DNA of 64,000 nt from Octopus sinensis (GCF_006345805.1 NC_043003.1:25048001-25112000), one strand, 5' to 3'; shown: positions 12,231-24,952, counted from the first letter of the stretch. Program-made: numbers and translations. Notes: generated by a model not told the origin, from the sequence alone.

Positions 12231-13105
12231 AAAGTAAAGATTTTTTTTTTCTTTTATTCGTGTTTGAAATTAAGAATTTCTACGCTTCAAAATTATATTC
12301 TGAAAGAAATCAAAGTTTATTAACCTTTAAACATATTATCCCGTATATTTTCGTTCAGAGATGTCTGGTAAATATATATTTGAACGAAAATACACATTCA
12401 CTGTACCCTGAGGTATCTGTCATTTATTTCTAACCTGAAATTCTACGTTCAAGATGTTATTCTCGTTTGTTTGTTTTTATCATTAGCTATCATTAACTAT
12501 CATTAGCTATCAGTAAGTATCATTCCTTGATAATAAATGCTAACTGATTCAAAATAATTTGTGTACTTATCCTTCCTTATATACAGATTCAAAATAAATG
12601 ACAAATTGTTTGGTTTTTTTTTTTTGCATAGAGATTGAAAAACAATGTGCTTGATAAGAGGTTAAAGTGTGCACATCAATTACTAAGCATTTAAAATTTC
12701 GTCTAAAACACTACAAAAATAACATCTTAAATCGTATTTTACAGAATGTTTTCGAAAAATCGGACAAAATTTTCCAAACAACGTAATACTGTGTGTGTTA
12801 GGTTCAGTCTAGTATCGCCAGTTGCTGATTCAGAAGTTTCTAAACACTGCTTTATGCAAGCAACAACGACTTACAGAAGGATTAGATCAAGAAACATGAA
12901 GCAGCGTTACCAAAATCTTTTACATATTTCAGAGGGCGACAGATTAAGTTTCTTAGATTATTTTTTCGGGAGGCAGCTAAACACTTGTTGAGGTTTAAAT
13001 GTCAAATTGTTGCAGTATAAATTCCAGATATACGACCTGTTTGATGAAGGACATTTGGGGATATGACAGGACGAGCCAATACGCATGCGTTGAGATTATA
13101 CTTAC

Positions 13106-13194
13106 AAGAGTGTTGTCGTTGGTGAACCGAAAATAGAAACATGTTGCTTGAAGGCGTTCCCTGTAATTCTAGTATCAAACAAGGGTTATCTGTC
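13106..13194 (-). CDS. Candidate 89-bp internal exon
   Basis: Acceptor atatttttcAG|G and consensus donor CTT|GTAAGT; one open frame TDNPCLILELQGTPSSNMFLFSVHQRQHS. Product not recognised. Confidence 0.45.
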
Positions 13195-14421
13195 CTGAAA
13201 AATATTTTCAAAATTTTTCCAGTCTGCCAGATAAGACCGGGGTTACTATGAGACCAGAATTGTATGCATAAATGTAAACTACATATGATAAATAGTTTAT
13301 AAGAAAATTTTCTGAAAGTTTGTAATGTCACGATCGGGTTTCGTTCTGAAAAGTTTTCAACATCTAGGCAAGGAAATCAATCTGTCTGCTTTACTCCATT
13401 TTTTGTGTACACACACACCCCCCGCATATACACCTATATGTGTGTGTATGTATGTGTATATACATACATATATATACATATACATACACACACACACATA
13501 TATACACATATATGTAATGTATGTATGTATATATGTATGTATATATGTATGTATTATGTATGTACGTACGTACTAACGCGATCCTGAGGGCAACACCCAC
13601 GCGGATAGAGATATAGATATACATACATACATTCTCAACTCTCATATTTACTGCCCTTCTGTAGCACCAACAACCCTCTTCTATGGCTCAATACTGTGTG
13701 TTTACCCTGCACAGTCTTTCACGAACCTTCATAAATCTTCACACTAATGCCAATATAGGAACTTGCTCTAAGTCGTTCAAACTGAAAAGAATACCAACGA
13801 AGTTCTCTAAAATCACGCCCGACTGCCACAAAAAAAAGTTCACAGTATGGTCTCAGACAAGTTGATCTTGCATGGAATATAGCAAAAAAAATATGGGATA
13901 GTCACGGCTGGAATGTCTTTTATCAAAGGTCTAGTCAATCAGGACAGACATGAGCCGAAACAGCAACAACATTGTTCTACAGAATTATCAAACAAGCACA
14001 GTTTACAGATCTTTCAACATTCCCAGAAAAGGCATATTTATTTATGTGTTGGTGTATACACACACGCACGCGCGTGTATGTGTATGCGTGTGTACATGTG
14101 TACATGTAAATATGTATGTATATATATGTATATATATATATTTATATATGTATGTATATGATATGTGCATTCCTAGTTGAAATTCCGTCGCGGTTTATTT
14201 GAGTAGTAGATTAATCCGTCACCCCGTTTGACTCAAGCAGATGGGCACTTTAAGCGGAATCCACTTAGTTGCGAGCATTCGGGTCACGTCCCGGACTTAA
14301 AAATACCATGGACTCTCCCTTGTCACTATAAAATATTGTACTGCGACAGTTTACCACTTTTGTTAGTGTGCGGTGCTCATCTAGTACACACAAGCTAGAT
14401 ATCCTATATATATATAAATAT

Positions 14422-14990
14422 GTGCCGGGATATCAAAAAGGAGATCTCACGGAGAGTAAGGGCCGGATGGAAGGCGTTCAATGGCATAAGGGATGTGCTC
14501 AAGGGAAGGTTGGACAGGACCACCCGCGCCAACCTCATTAACAGTGCAGTTCTGTCTGCAATGTTATATGGTAGTGAAACATGGGCTACCACAAAGAGAG
14601 AAGAGCAAAGACTGGTAACGGCTCAAAGAGCCATGGAAAGGTCAATGCTTGGTATCTCGTTGAGAGAGCACATAAATAACAAGATCATCAGAAAGAAGTC
14701 CGGCGTGAGAGATGTCATCGCAGAGTATACTCGCAGCAAGTATAGATGGGCTGGACACGTCGCCGGGCTCACCGATAATCGGTGGACGCACGCAGTTGTC
14801 GAGTGGTACCCGCGTGAGCGGAAAAGACCACCCAGAAGACCTCCACGACGGTGGAGTGACGATTTCAAGAGGATGATTGGGATCACGTGGATGAGAAAGG
14901 CGCGATCCAGAGAGGAGTGAACAGCGTGCTGTGACCAATGGTGTCAAATGGACGCCTGACGGACTGGTCGGTCAAAGTGATCAAAGTGAT
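14422..14990 (+). mobile_element. RTE-clade LINE, 5'-truncated 3' end (post-RT domain)
   Basis: ORF 14420-14920 contains EISRRVRAGW, MLYGSETW, RWAGHV and RPPRRW; tandem tail TCAAAGTGATCAAAGTGAT; flanked by (TA)n. Confidence 0.9.
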
Positions 14991-14992
14991 AT

Positions 14993-15054
<62 letters not shown>

Positions 15055-15422
15055 GAATATAAACACACACACATACACACAAATTTAGGGAATGGAGCAG
15101 GTAAAATCCAGGTTACATATGTTTCCTAGCTAACAGAACCTTGGAAGTAATAATTACTCAACGAGGAGTACTCTGCTAGCTACTCATGAGGCTGAAGTTA
15201 AATGAAGGTTACATTGCCGTCAAAAAGTCCCAAGTTAACTCACAGGAGATTTAATCGAAGCTTACAAATTTTCTACACCTGGATCCTTTACATATTATTA
15301 TATATATATATTACATGGAAAAATGCGAGCAAGAGAAATAATATTCTTAAGGTTAAGCCTGGAAACTTACAGGACAAATTATTACACTTAGAAAAGTTCG
15401 GGACAGCTTATTATACCTGGTA

Positions 15423-15783
15423 AACGGATTAAGTCAATTATATCGACCCCAGTGCTTAACTGGTACTTATTTAATCGACCCCGAAAGGATAAAAGGCAAA
15501 GTCGACCTCGGCGGAATTTGAACTCAGAACGTAACAGCAGACGAAATACCTATTTCTTTATTACCCACAAGGAGCTAAACATAGAAGGGACAAACAAGGA
15601 CAGACATAGGTATTAAGTCGATTACATCGACTCCAGTGCGTAACTGGTACTTAATTTATCGTCCCCGAAAGGATAAAAGGCAAAGTCGACCTCGGCGGAA
15701 TTTGAACTCAGAACGTAACGGCAGACGAAATACCGCAAAGCATTTCGTCCGGCGTGCTAACGTTTCTGCCAGCTCGCCGCCTT
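15423..15783 (-). mobile_element. SINE family A, head plus two bodies
   Basis: Core AAAGGCAAAGTCGACCTCGGCGGAATTTGAACTCAGAACG occurs twice; single head at the right end. Confidence 0.9.
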
Positions 15784-15794
15784 ATTTCATTTTT

Positions 15795-16170
15795 CATTTG
15801 TTTCAGTCATTAGACTGCGGCCATGCTGGAGCGCTGCCTCGAAGAATTTTAGTCGAACTTATCAACCCCAGTACTTATTATATTTTGTAAAGCCTAGTGC
15901 GTATTCTATCGGTGTTTTTGCCGAACTGCTAAGTTACGGGGACGTAAACATACTAACACTGGTTGTCAAACGGTGGTGGAAGACAAGCACACACACACAC
16001 AATATACGACGGGCTTCTTTCAGTTTCTGTGAATCAAATCCACTCACTAGGCTTTGATCAGACCGAGGTAGTAGTAAAAGACACTTGCCCAGAGCGCCAT
16101 GCGGTGTGACTGAACCCAGAACCATTTGGTTGAGAAGCAAGCTTCTTGCCACACAGCCACGCCTGCACCT
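15795..16170 (-). mobile_element. SINE family B
   Basis: TTTCAGTCATT...GCGGCCATGCTGGAGC through CACACAGCCACGCCTGCACC. Confidence 0.85.
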
Positions 16171-16590
16171 AGTATGTTTATAATTAAGATAGAATTTTAG
16201 ATTCAGCGTTATAGCATATATCCTGTTATAACCGACCATCATACGTCAGTATGTCTCAATGAAGTGTGCATGTACTATATAAAATATGATTATCATAAAG
16301 CTTAACTATAAATGTAAGATTAATAATGTTTTCAATTGTTTTTGTTATTTTTTGTTTCGTTTTTTATTTTTTTCAGACATGATACAACAGATATTGTTTT
16401 GGCAAGTTAGCAAAGACTTTGATATACTAAACTATGAACTGAATATTTTTATATACAAAATAATACTAATAACAATCTTTCTAATTTTGGCACAAAGCCA
16501 GCAATTTTGAAGAGAGGGGGAAGTCGGTTATGTCCGGTATTTAACTGGTATTTAGTTTTATGGACCCGATAAGGCTTGAAAGCCAAAGTA

Positions 16591-17420
16591 CCTACAATGA
16601 ACTACCAGGCCAACATATTAAAGAACGGCAGAAGCCCAACATGTCGTGTATGTCAACAACAAAATGAAACCATTGATCATGTGGTCTCCAAGTGCAGTCT
16701 TCTAACGCCTTCAAAGTATCTCAATAGGCATGATAGAGCTGCACAATATATTCACTGGGTAATCTGCAAAAACCTGGATTTTCCCCATGAAAAAAACTGG
16801 TGGGAACACAAACCACCTCCAGTGCTTGAAAATGACCACATCTCACTCCTCTGGAACTTCCCCATTCAAACTGACAGAAAGATAGATGCAAATAGGCCAG
16901 ACATCATATTGAAAGACTTCAAACAAAGAACATGATTCCTCATTGATATGACTGTCCCAATCGATATAAACGTATCTGTCAAGACCTACCAAAAACTGAG
17001 CAAATATAAAGATCTTGAAATAGAAATAAGCAAAATGTGGAACCTGAAGACTAAAACAATACCTGTTGTCATAGGTGCCCTGGGAATGATAGCAAAAGGG
17101 GCTGATCGCTACCTAACTCAGATACCAGGAAACCCCAAAATGGCAGAAATTCAAAAGATAGTGCTCATGGGAACTGCTCATATCCTACGCAAAATACTTT
17201 CTATGTAATCTCAAGTTTTAAAACAAACATACTTATCTTTTTTTAAATTAAAAAATTTTTTTATTTTTTTACATTCACTAGTACAACACTAAATACAAAA
17301 CCAAATATATGGCACACTAGGCATAACAACATCACGAACTTCCAACCTGTTGTCTCTTGAGGTCTCTGGGTGAGACTTGGAGCCAACTTGTAACAATATA
17401 AAGCAAAAGTCAAACATAGA
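16591..17420 (+). mobile_element. Dong/R4-like LINE 3' fragment (CCHC knuckle, RHD, REL endonuclease) with 3' UTR
   Basis: Same-frame ORFs 16576-16935 and 16948-17208, broken by one TGA: CRVC..ETIDHVVSKC, RHD, RPDI, KLSKYKDL, PVVIGALG, GTAHILRK. Followed by (TAA)n. Confidence 0.9.
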
Positions 17421-17505
17421 ATAATAATAATAAATAATAATAATAATAATAATAAATAATAATAATAATAATAAATAATAATGATAATAAATAATATTGA
17501 TAATA

Positions 17506-17545
<40 letters not shown>

Positions 17546-17833
17546 TAATAATAATAATAATAATGATAATAATAAAAAATAATAATAAATAATCATAATC
17601 ATAATAATAATAATGAGGAGGAGGAGGAGGATAATGATGATGATGATGATGATGATGATAATGATGATAATCTAGATGTATTGCAAAAGTCGGCGTTACT
17701 TGGAACTGCACACATTTTGCGTAAAGTTCTGTCTGTCTGGGGTCCTTGTTGTGACTTGACAAACAGTACAAACCCCCGGGAGACACAATATTTTCAATCA
17801 ACAACCTCACGATACAGTATACAGTGCAACGTC

Positions 17834-17894
<61 letters not shown>

Positions 17895-18120
17895 GTGCAA
17901 AGAAATCGTGATAACTGGAACGACTCATGTATTGAGAAGAGCATTACCGCTGTGAAAACAACATCCATTCATGAATTAATTTGTTTATTAATTTTTTAAA
18001 TATCTATTTTACCTGTGAATTTGCGTGTGTAATCTGGGAATGCATACAATGAGCTTCTCTGCCCTAGGTATACGGAAAACACTCGGCGAGAAACGGAAGA
18101 AAATTTGAAGAAAGAAGGAA

Positions 18121-18190
<70 letters not shown>

Positions 18191-18210
18191 GATGATGATG
18201 ATGATGATGA
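17421..18210 (+). repeat. (TAA)n/(GAT)n tracts containing two further Dong/R4-like 3' stubs (17678-17835, 17893-17955)
   Basis: Stubs translate to LQKSALLGTAHILRKVLS and IVITGTTHVLRRAL. Confidence 0.8.
18013..18063 (-). CDS. Candidate 51-bp exon
   Basis: Pyrimidine-rich upstream region ending ttttccgtatacctAG|GGC; donor CAG|GTAAAA; all three frames are open. Confidence 0.3.
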
Positions 18211-18300
18211 CAACTTCAAACTTTTGGCACAAGGCCAGCAATTTCGAGTGAGGAGGCAAGTCGATTACATCGACTCCAATCATGTCTACAGGAGATTTTT

Positions 18301-18371
<71 letters not shown>

Positions 18372-18847
18372 CTTTATCAGTCCATCTATCTATATCTGTC
18401 TATCTAACCACTTACTATTCAGTCAGTTGCGAATCAGGTTTAAAACCCGCAATACCATAACTACAGTCTCAATATATGTTAGCGATCACTGTGCCGAGAC
18501 CTTCCTTTAGTAACTAAGCTTAACTTTTAAACACCTTCGCTAACCCAGATGTAAATCAATAACACAAAACTGTTTGAAACTGAACTGAAACTGTTTGCGC
18601 TGATGAAATAAATCTCATTAATACTTTATATTGTCTTGTTTGTAATTTTAGATTCGTTATTTGATCAATTTTTTGCACGTTTTCCTGTTTTTCGTAGTAA
18701 GCATTCTACGCGTTTGTTATTTCTTTCCAAGATTGCATGCACGTCATAATCAGCCAACCATTGAATTTTGTGTTAAGTTATAAATGTCAAGTATAAGTTA
18801 CGGTGTTGCGTGTTTATTAAGAAATGCATATATAAATATATGTGTAT

Positions 18848-18888
<41 letters not shown>

Positions 18889-18971
18889 GTGTGTGTGTGT
18901 GTCTGTGTCTGTGTCTGTGTCTATACATACATACATACATACAAACATACAAACATACATGCATACATACA

Positions 18972-19005
<34 letters not shown>

Positions 19006-19432
19006 GCAATTTGTATATCGTGCTATCGTGCTTGAAGCCGATATACAGTTGAAAGCCTTCTAAGCTGCAGTATCATCTCGAGAAAGCATTTCTTATAGTC
19101 TATTACATATATTTTCGCAAGAATACCGCTATTCAAAAGGGCTTCATTATCTGCTTTAAGTATAATATTCATATTGATATTTTGAACTAATAGTGTTTCC
19201 TTCAACAATAAGGAATACATACAAACACACATACATGTATGCATTATATATATATAGATATATATATATATATATTAGATTATAATTATATATTATATTA
19301 TATATTATAATTATATATATATATTACATATATATTATATATATATCTATATATATATATAATAGTGTGTGTATTTGTATATATATAATTGTTGTGTTGT
19401 ATTATATAATATTACATATGTATGCATGTATG

Positions 19433-19473
<41 letters not shown>

Positions 19474-20735
19474 TATATTATATAATATATATATATATAT
19501 ATATATATTATATAATATATATATTTCTATATATATATGTTTGCATATAAAATATGAAGTAGTAATAGATATTCGATTAAAAAATACTAAGGGTGGAAAA
19601 AAGTCGAAGGGCTGCCCGAACTTACATCTGTAAACATGACAGACATGCTACCCATTATACCAAAGCAACGGTGGTACTCGAAACAGTTAAAGCTTTATTG
19701 CTTATCAACTTCGAGTGCCACCATCAAAAAAATACCTCATTTGTCTCGAAGTTTCTAAATTTTTAATAATATAAATACATACATACAAACATAGATGCAC
19801 ATATACACACATACACGCATACATACATATGCACACACACACATAAATACATACATACATACATACATACATACATACATACATACATACATACATACAT
19901 ACATACATACATACGACTGGCTTCGCACGGATCTGGTCAAAGAAATTAGTTTAACACTGATGACACTTGGCCTATGTGCAGCAGATTGGATGCGAACCTC
20001 GAAACGAACTTCTGGACTTCACCTCTATACGTTTCCATGTACGGACGCAAAAAAGAGCGTTGAATATTTTTAGCATTGATTATATTCATTTTGTTCAAAG
20101 ACGATGATTCATGATGTTAGAACGATGCAAGTGATGTTGGTAAATAAGAATAACTTAAAACACTATTTGCTTCTGAAGATCTGGCGTTTCAAAGTCATTA
20201 CGAAATCGCCCATGTAACAACTATTGCACAGCATACGGATATATGTGAGCGAAACACGTGTAAAGATTATGTAAGTTATGACGTTATGATAAAGCTTTTA
20301 ACTGCATCTCTTGTTTTATTCTGCTCCCAGATATACACCTTGTAAGTTGTTCAAATGTACATAATACCAAAGGAAATCAAAGGACAAAGTATGTTTAGTA
20401 GTTGATTGAAAGTTGAATATATATGGATCTACAATGGAGCTTTAAGCATTGGGTAACTGGTGTGTTGTCTCATTCATATTTGCAATACATGCATACATAT
20501 ATACAAATACATATATATACATATCTATATACATACCACAGTTGAAACACTCTTATCACAACCTGGGACCTTGAAGACTGCTTTAATGCAGGAAAGTATA
20601 CTAGTCCCTTAATATTTTATATTCAACATTTCATCTATTCAATAAGACAATCAATACTTCATTTCATTTTACTATATGTATATTATTTATACTATATATT
20701 CTATATTCTACATTAATATTATAAAGAATATAAAT

Positions 20736-20769
<34 letters not shown>

Positions 20770-21148
20770 TATATATATATACATATATATGTGTATAATA
20801 TAGTATGTATGTATGTATGTATGTATGTATGTATGTATGTATGTATGTATGTATGTATAAATGAATGCATGTATGTATGTTTGAGCAAGGTTGCAAATTT
20901 CTCAACTTTAAACGAGTAGTAATCCAACGAAGTGCTGATGCAGCTCTCTCCTCCTCTAGTTGTCAGACGCTGGATATATCACTGTGTTAATTTCTTGAGG
21001 AGCCAAGAGGGCATCTAGTTCTGCTCGCCATTACGGAGGCATTAAAACAATTAGCAAAAATACCAACCCATACTCGCTCGTACGTGACGACAGGTTCTTC
21101 ATACATAAATACATACATACATGCATATACACATGATTATATATATTA

Positions 21149-21451
21149 CTAGCAGTATCGCCCGGCGGCGTTGCTCGGGTTTGTAAGGGAAATAACAATA
21201 TTAGCATTTTTAGAGAGTTACTTCCATTATATAATAGCAAAAAAATGCATTAAAAATGGGAAAAAATGATGATAAATTTTTTTTTTAAATCGTAGACTCA
21301 TCGTAGACGCGCGCTAATACGCAGAAGGGCTCGATATGAATCCCGACTATAAGATACCCGCTTTTGGTTAAACTGCACCGCAAAATGTGGGAGTAGTTAG
21401 GAATCTAAATCGTAGGAGACAGACACACAACTTGACTTTTATATATAAAGA
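21149..21451 (-). mobile_element. Non-autonomous Helitron-like element
   Basis: Minus strand starts TCTTTATATATAAAAG and ends CGAGCAACGCCGCCGGGCGATACTG-CTAG, between A and T. Confidence 0.75.
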
Positions 21452-21485
21452 TTATTATTATTACGACGATTATATATATGATTAT

Positions 21486-21761
21486 TACGACGACGAGGGT
21501 CCTAGCTGATACGATCAACGAATCAGCTTGCTCGTGAGATTAACGTACAATTGGCTGACCACTCCACAGACCCATGTGCCCTTAACGTAGTTCTCAGGGA
21601 GATTCATAGTGACACAGGCTGTCCCTTTGTGACAAGGCTGGCCCTTTGAAATACAGGTACTACTCGTTTTTGCCAGCTGAGTGGACTCGAGCAACGTGAA
21701 ATAAAGTGTCTTGCTCAAGGACACAACGCGTAGCCGGGAATTGAACTCATGACCTTACGAT
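21486..21761 (-). mobile_element. SINE family D, 5'-truncated (shares 3' half with family C)
   Basis: GTGTCCTTGAGCAAGACACTTTATTTCACGTTGCTC domain plus the GAGAACTACGTTAAGGG...CTCGTCGTCGTAA tail. Confidence 0.8.
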
Positions 21762-21784
21762 ATAAATATATATATATGTTTTCT

Positions 21785-22065
21785 TTTATGTTCCAGCTAA
21801 GAGCTGCGGCCATGCTGATGCACCGGCATTTTGCGCTACACTGTTATTACTAGGAGCCTCCTCTAATATGTGGCACTTCATGAAGAATGGAGTTTGATAT
21901 AGCTACCCTCATTTGCACCTCTTGCCGTGAGGTAGGCTCATCTGGGACTCTCGACAGGAAGAGGTCCAGCTTTGATTTAAAAACCCCTACATCTACTTTG
22001 TGCAAGTTTCTCAGACTCTTTGGGAGAATATTAAAAAGCTGTGGGCCCTTGAAACCCAGGCTGTT
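21785..22065 (-). mobile_element. CR1/L2-like LINE 3' end
   Basis: Minus frame NSLGFKGPQLFNILPKSLRNLHKVDVGVFKSKLDLFLSRVPDEP; tail GGTGCATCAGCATGGCCGCAGCTCTTAGCTG. Confidence 0.75.
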
Positions 22066-22269
22066 AATATATATATTAATGTGAATAGATGTAATTATGC
22101 ATGCATTTTACATACATATGTTTATATCAGCATACCAGTCATAGAGACATATGTACACGTTCGTAAACAAATTCGTGTGTATATAAAAGTTCAGTAACGC
22201 TTGAGACATCAACGCTGAGTAATAACCGGAAGTTCTGACATCAACAGTGTGTCAACTATAAAACTATTG

Positions 22270-22325
22270 GCACTTATGTATGTACATAAAAGTGTATATA
22301 TATATACATATATACATATATATAC

Positions 22326-22361
<36 letters not shown>

Positions 22362-22610
22362 TGTGTGTATACATATATACATATACATATAAGCCCACAT
22401 ATACGTGTATATATATATTATATATTATATATATATATGTATGTATAATACATATATGCACACATATATTATGTATAGATATATATATATATATATTTAG
22501 ATAGATAGATAGATAGATACACATACATACATGTGTAATGCGTATATGTGTATGCATAGATGATATATATATATATATATATATATGCATATGTATGTGT
22601 GGGTATATAC

Positions 22611-22641
<31 letters not shown>

Positions 22642-23030
22642 CATACCATATATTATATATATATATATGTACGTATGTATACATATGTATATATTATTTG
22701 GTAGATATACAGATACTTGCATACATATGTATATGCACGTGTATGCATGCATATATATATATATACATATATATAGAGAGAGAGACAGACAGAGAGAGAG
22801 ATAGCTATGTGCATATATATTCTTACATATATACGTATATGTATTTGTATATAAGTATGTGTGATCATTTGTCTATGCATGTGAATACAATATATATTAT
22901 ATATATATATATATTATATATATATATATAATACATATGTACATGCATGTATACATACATACATACATACATACATACATACATAGATACATACATACAT
23001 ACATGCATACATACATACATACATACACCG
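22270..23030. repeat. Compound (TA)n/(TG)n/(CATA)n/(GATA)n microsatellite field
   Basis: Directly visible. Confidence 0.95.
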
Positions 23031-23410
23031 TCTATTTAACTATTTAAAGGTTGTCATGTAATTTATGCTATCTGCCAACTAAGATATGCTCGAAATCAAT
23101 TCTGCCAATGTTGCTTGTTCACATGCCCATATAAGGAAACTAGAAAAACTGATATCGGCCGATCTGATCACGTATTGGCCATAATAGTTCGCTGTGCATT
23201 TATAAAACCAATAGTGTGTATATAGTGGATAATGTGCCAAGTCTTTGTTCCTTTCACTGTTTCTTTCTCTACTTTTTCTCTTTATCCATTGCAACTATAT
23301 AAGTCTGTGTGTATTTGTGTATGTGCGCATACATGCACACACACACACACACACATGTATACAAACACACATACACACACGCTCACACAAACGTATACAA
23401 ATACACACGT

Positions 23411-23465
<55 letters not shown>

Positions 23466-23678
23466 TGTGTAATATTTGTACAAGTTGTACTTATAAATCT
23501 ATGTTCGTTTGCAGTGTGTTAGTTAGGGTGGTAGGTGGTGAATATGTCAGGCAGACATGCATGCATGCATGGTGTATATCAGCAGTCAGGTGATGAACGC
23601 ATGCATCATCTGCATACATGTATGTGCATATATATATGTATATATATATATATATATACATAGAGAGAGAGAGACAGC

Positions 23679-23722
<44 letters not shown>

Positions 23723-23848
23723 GAGAGAGGTTTATACGTACACACATACATATATATATATACACATACCTATCTATCTATCCATCATCTATCTATCTAT
23801 TATCTATCTCTCTCTCTCCTCTCTCTCTCTCTCTTCTTCTCTATATAT

Positions 23849-23893
<45 letters not shown>

Positions 23894-24458
23894 TATACAT
23901 ATATATTATATATATGCATATATATTATATATGTATATGTATGTATATAACGTGTATATATACGTATACATGTACGTATATATACGTGTGTGTGTGAATA
24001 TATATATATATAATATATATATATATATATACATACACATACATATATATAGAGAGAAAGAGAGAGTGAGAATGAGAGAGAGCGAAAGAAGAAAAAGAGA
24101 GACAGAAAGAGAGAGAGAGAGACAGAAGTGAAATTTATAATGCATTTACAACAAACTATGTATTCACTGCTAAAAATATGCACGAGTAAGCGCGCGCACA
24201 GACACACACACGTGCACAATATATATAAATGTGTATTCTGTGTGTGTGCGTGCAGATGCATGCGCAGGTGCGCTTGAGTGCGTTTGGCAGAACAAACAGG
24301 AGAAATAGAATTCACCATTAAAGAACATATTTTCTTACACTTATGAAGTGCAAAACGGTACTCTAGGCTCTGGAGTAACTTACTGAACTTGTCATATGTT
24401 GACATATATATATTATAATATATCTATCTATCTATCTCTCTTTTCCTTTTTTTCCCCC

Positions 24459-24577
24459 CTTTTACGATCCCTTTTGATCGAAAACCTACGCCACCTTTTT
24501 TTTTTCCTCACCCAAAAGAAAAGCTCTACCTGTAACTTGTCCATCTGTGTGCAGCCCTGTGTGGCCAATAAAGAAAC
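24459..24577 (+). mobile_element. Retroelement 3'-UTR stub in (TATC)n, with a tail related to the SINE A tail
   Basis: Ends TTGTCCATCTGTGTGCAGCCCTGTGTGGCCAATAAAGAAA; compare SINE A TTGTCCCCTCTGTGTTTAGCCCCTTGTGGGTAATAAAGAAA. Confidence 0.55.
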
Positions 24578-24598
24578 TTATCTATATCTATCTATCTA

Positions 24599-24634
<36 letters not shown>

Positions 24635-24672
24635 AATTTAATATATAAACCTACAATATATGTGTGTATATA

Positions 24673-24717
<45 letters not shown>

Positions 24718-24758
24718 TTGTAGGTTTATATATTAAATTATGTATATATAATATATAT

Positions 24759-24952
24759 GTGACCGCATGTGTACCGTTGGCGATTTTTTCCCTCTGTCTT
24801 CCCTTCTCTGGATCTTTCCTTCTCCTATGTTTCCAACGAAGAGCTCCGCTCGAAACGTTAAACCTCCTTCTTTCATGAGCGTCCAATAATACTATATTTG
24901 TTCCATGTCCTCGCGTGTTGTGTTTTTTTTGTGCTTTCATGTTTGGATAAAC
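24759..24952 (+). mobile_element. ~200-bp (TA)n-embedded repeat with degenerate hammerhead-like motif (copy 1)
   Basis: Same start and end as the 35691 and 36643 copies; core reads CCAACGA-A-GAGC-TCC-GCTC-GAAACGTT. Confidence 0.8.

Noticed and set aside
19699-19722. Superficial resemblance to tracrRNA (TTATCAACTT...)
   Set aside because: A short chance match; no repeat/anti-repeat or Cas locus.
20331-20341. Plus-strand 11-nt micro-exon (ctcccAG|ATATACACCTT|GTAAGT)
   Set aside because: Good splice motifs, but no supporting plus-strand exons were found; could arise by chance.
23079-23294. 71-aa unique-looking minus-strand ORF
   Set aside because: No recognisable domain and no convincing splice boundaries.
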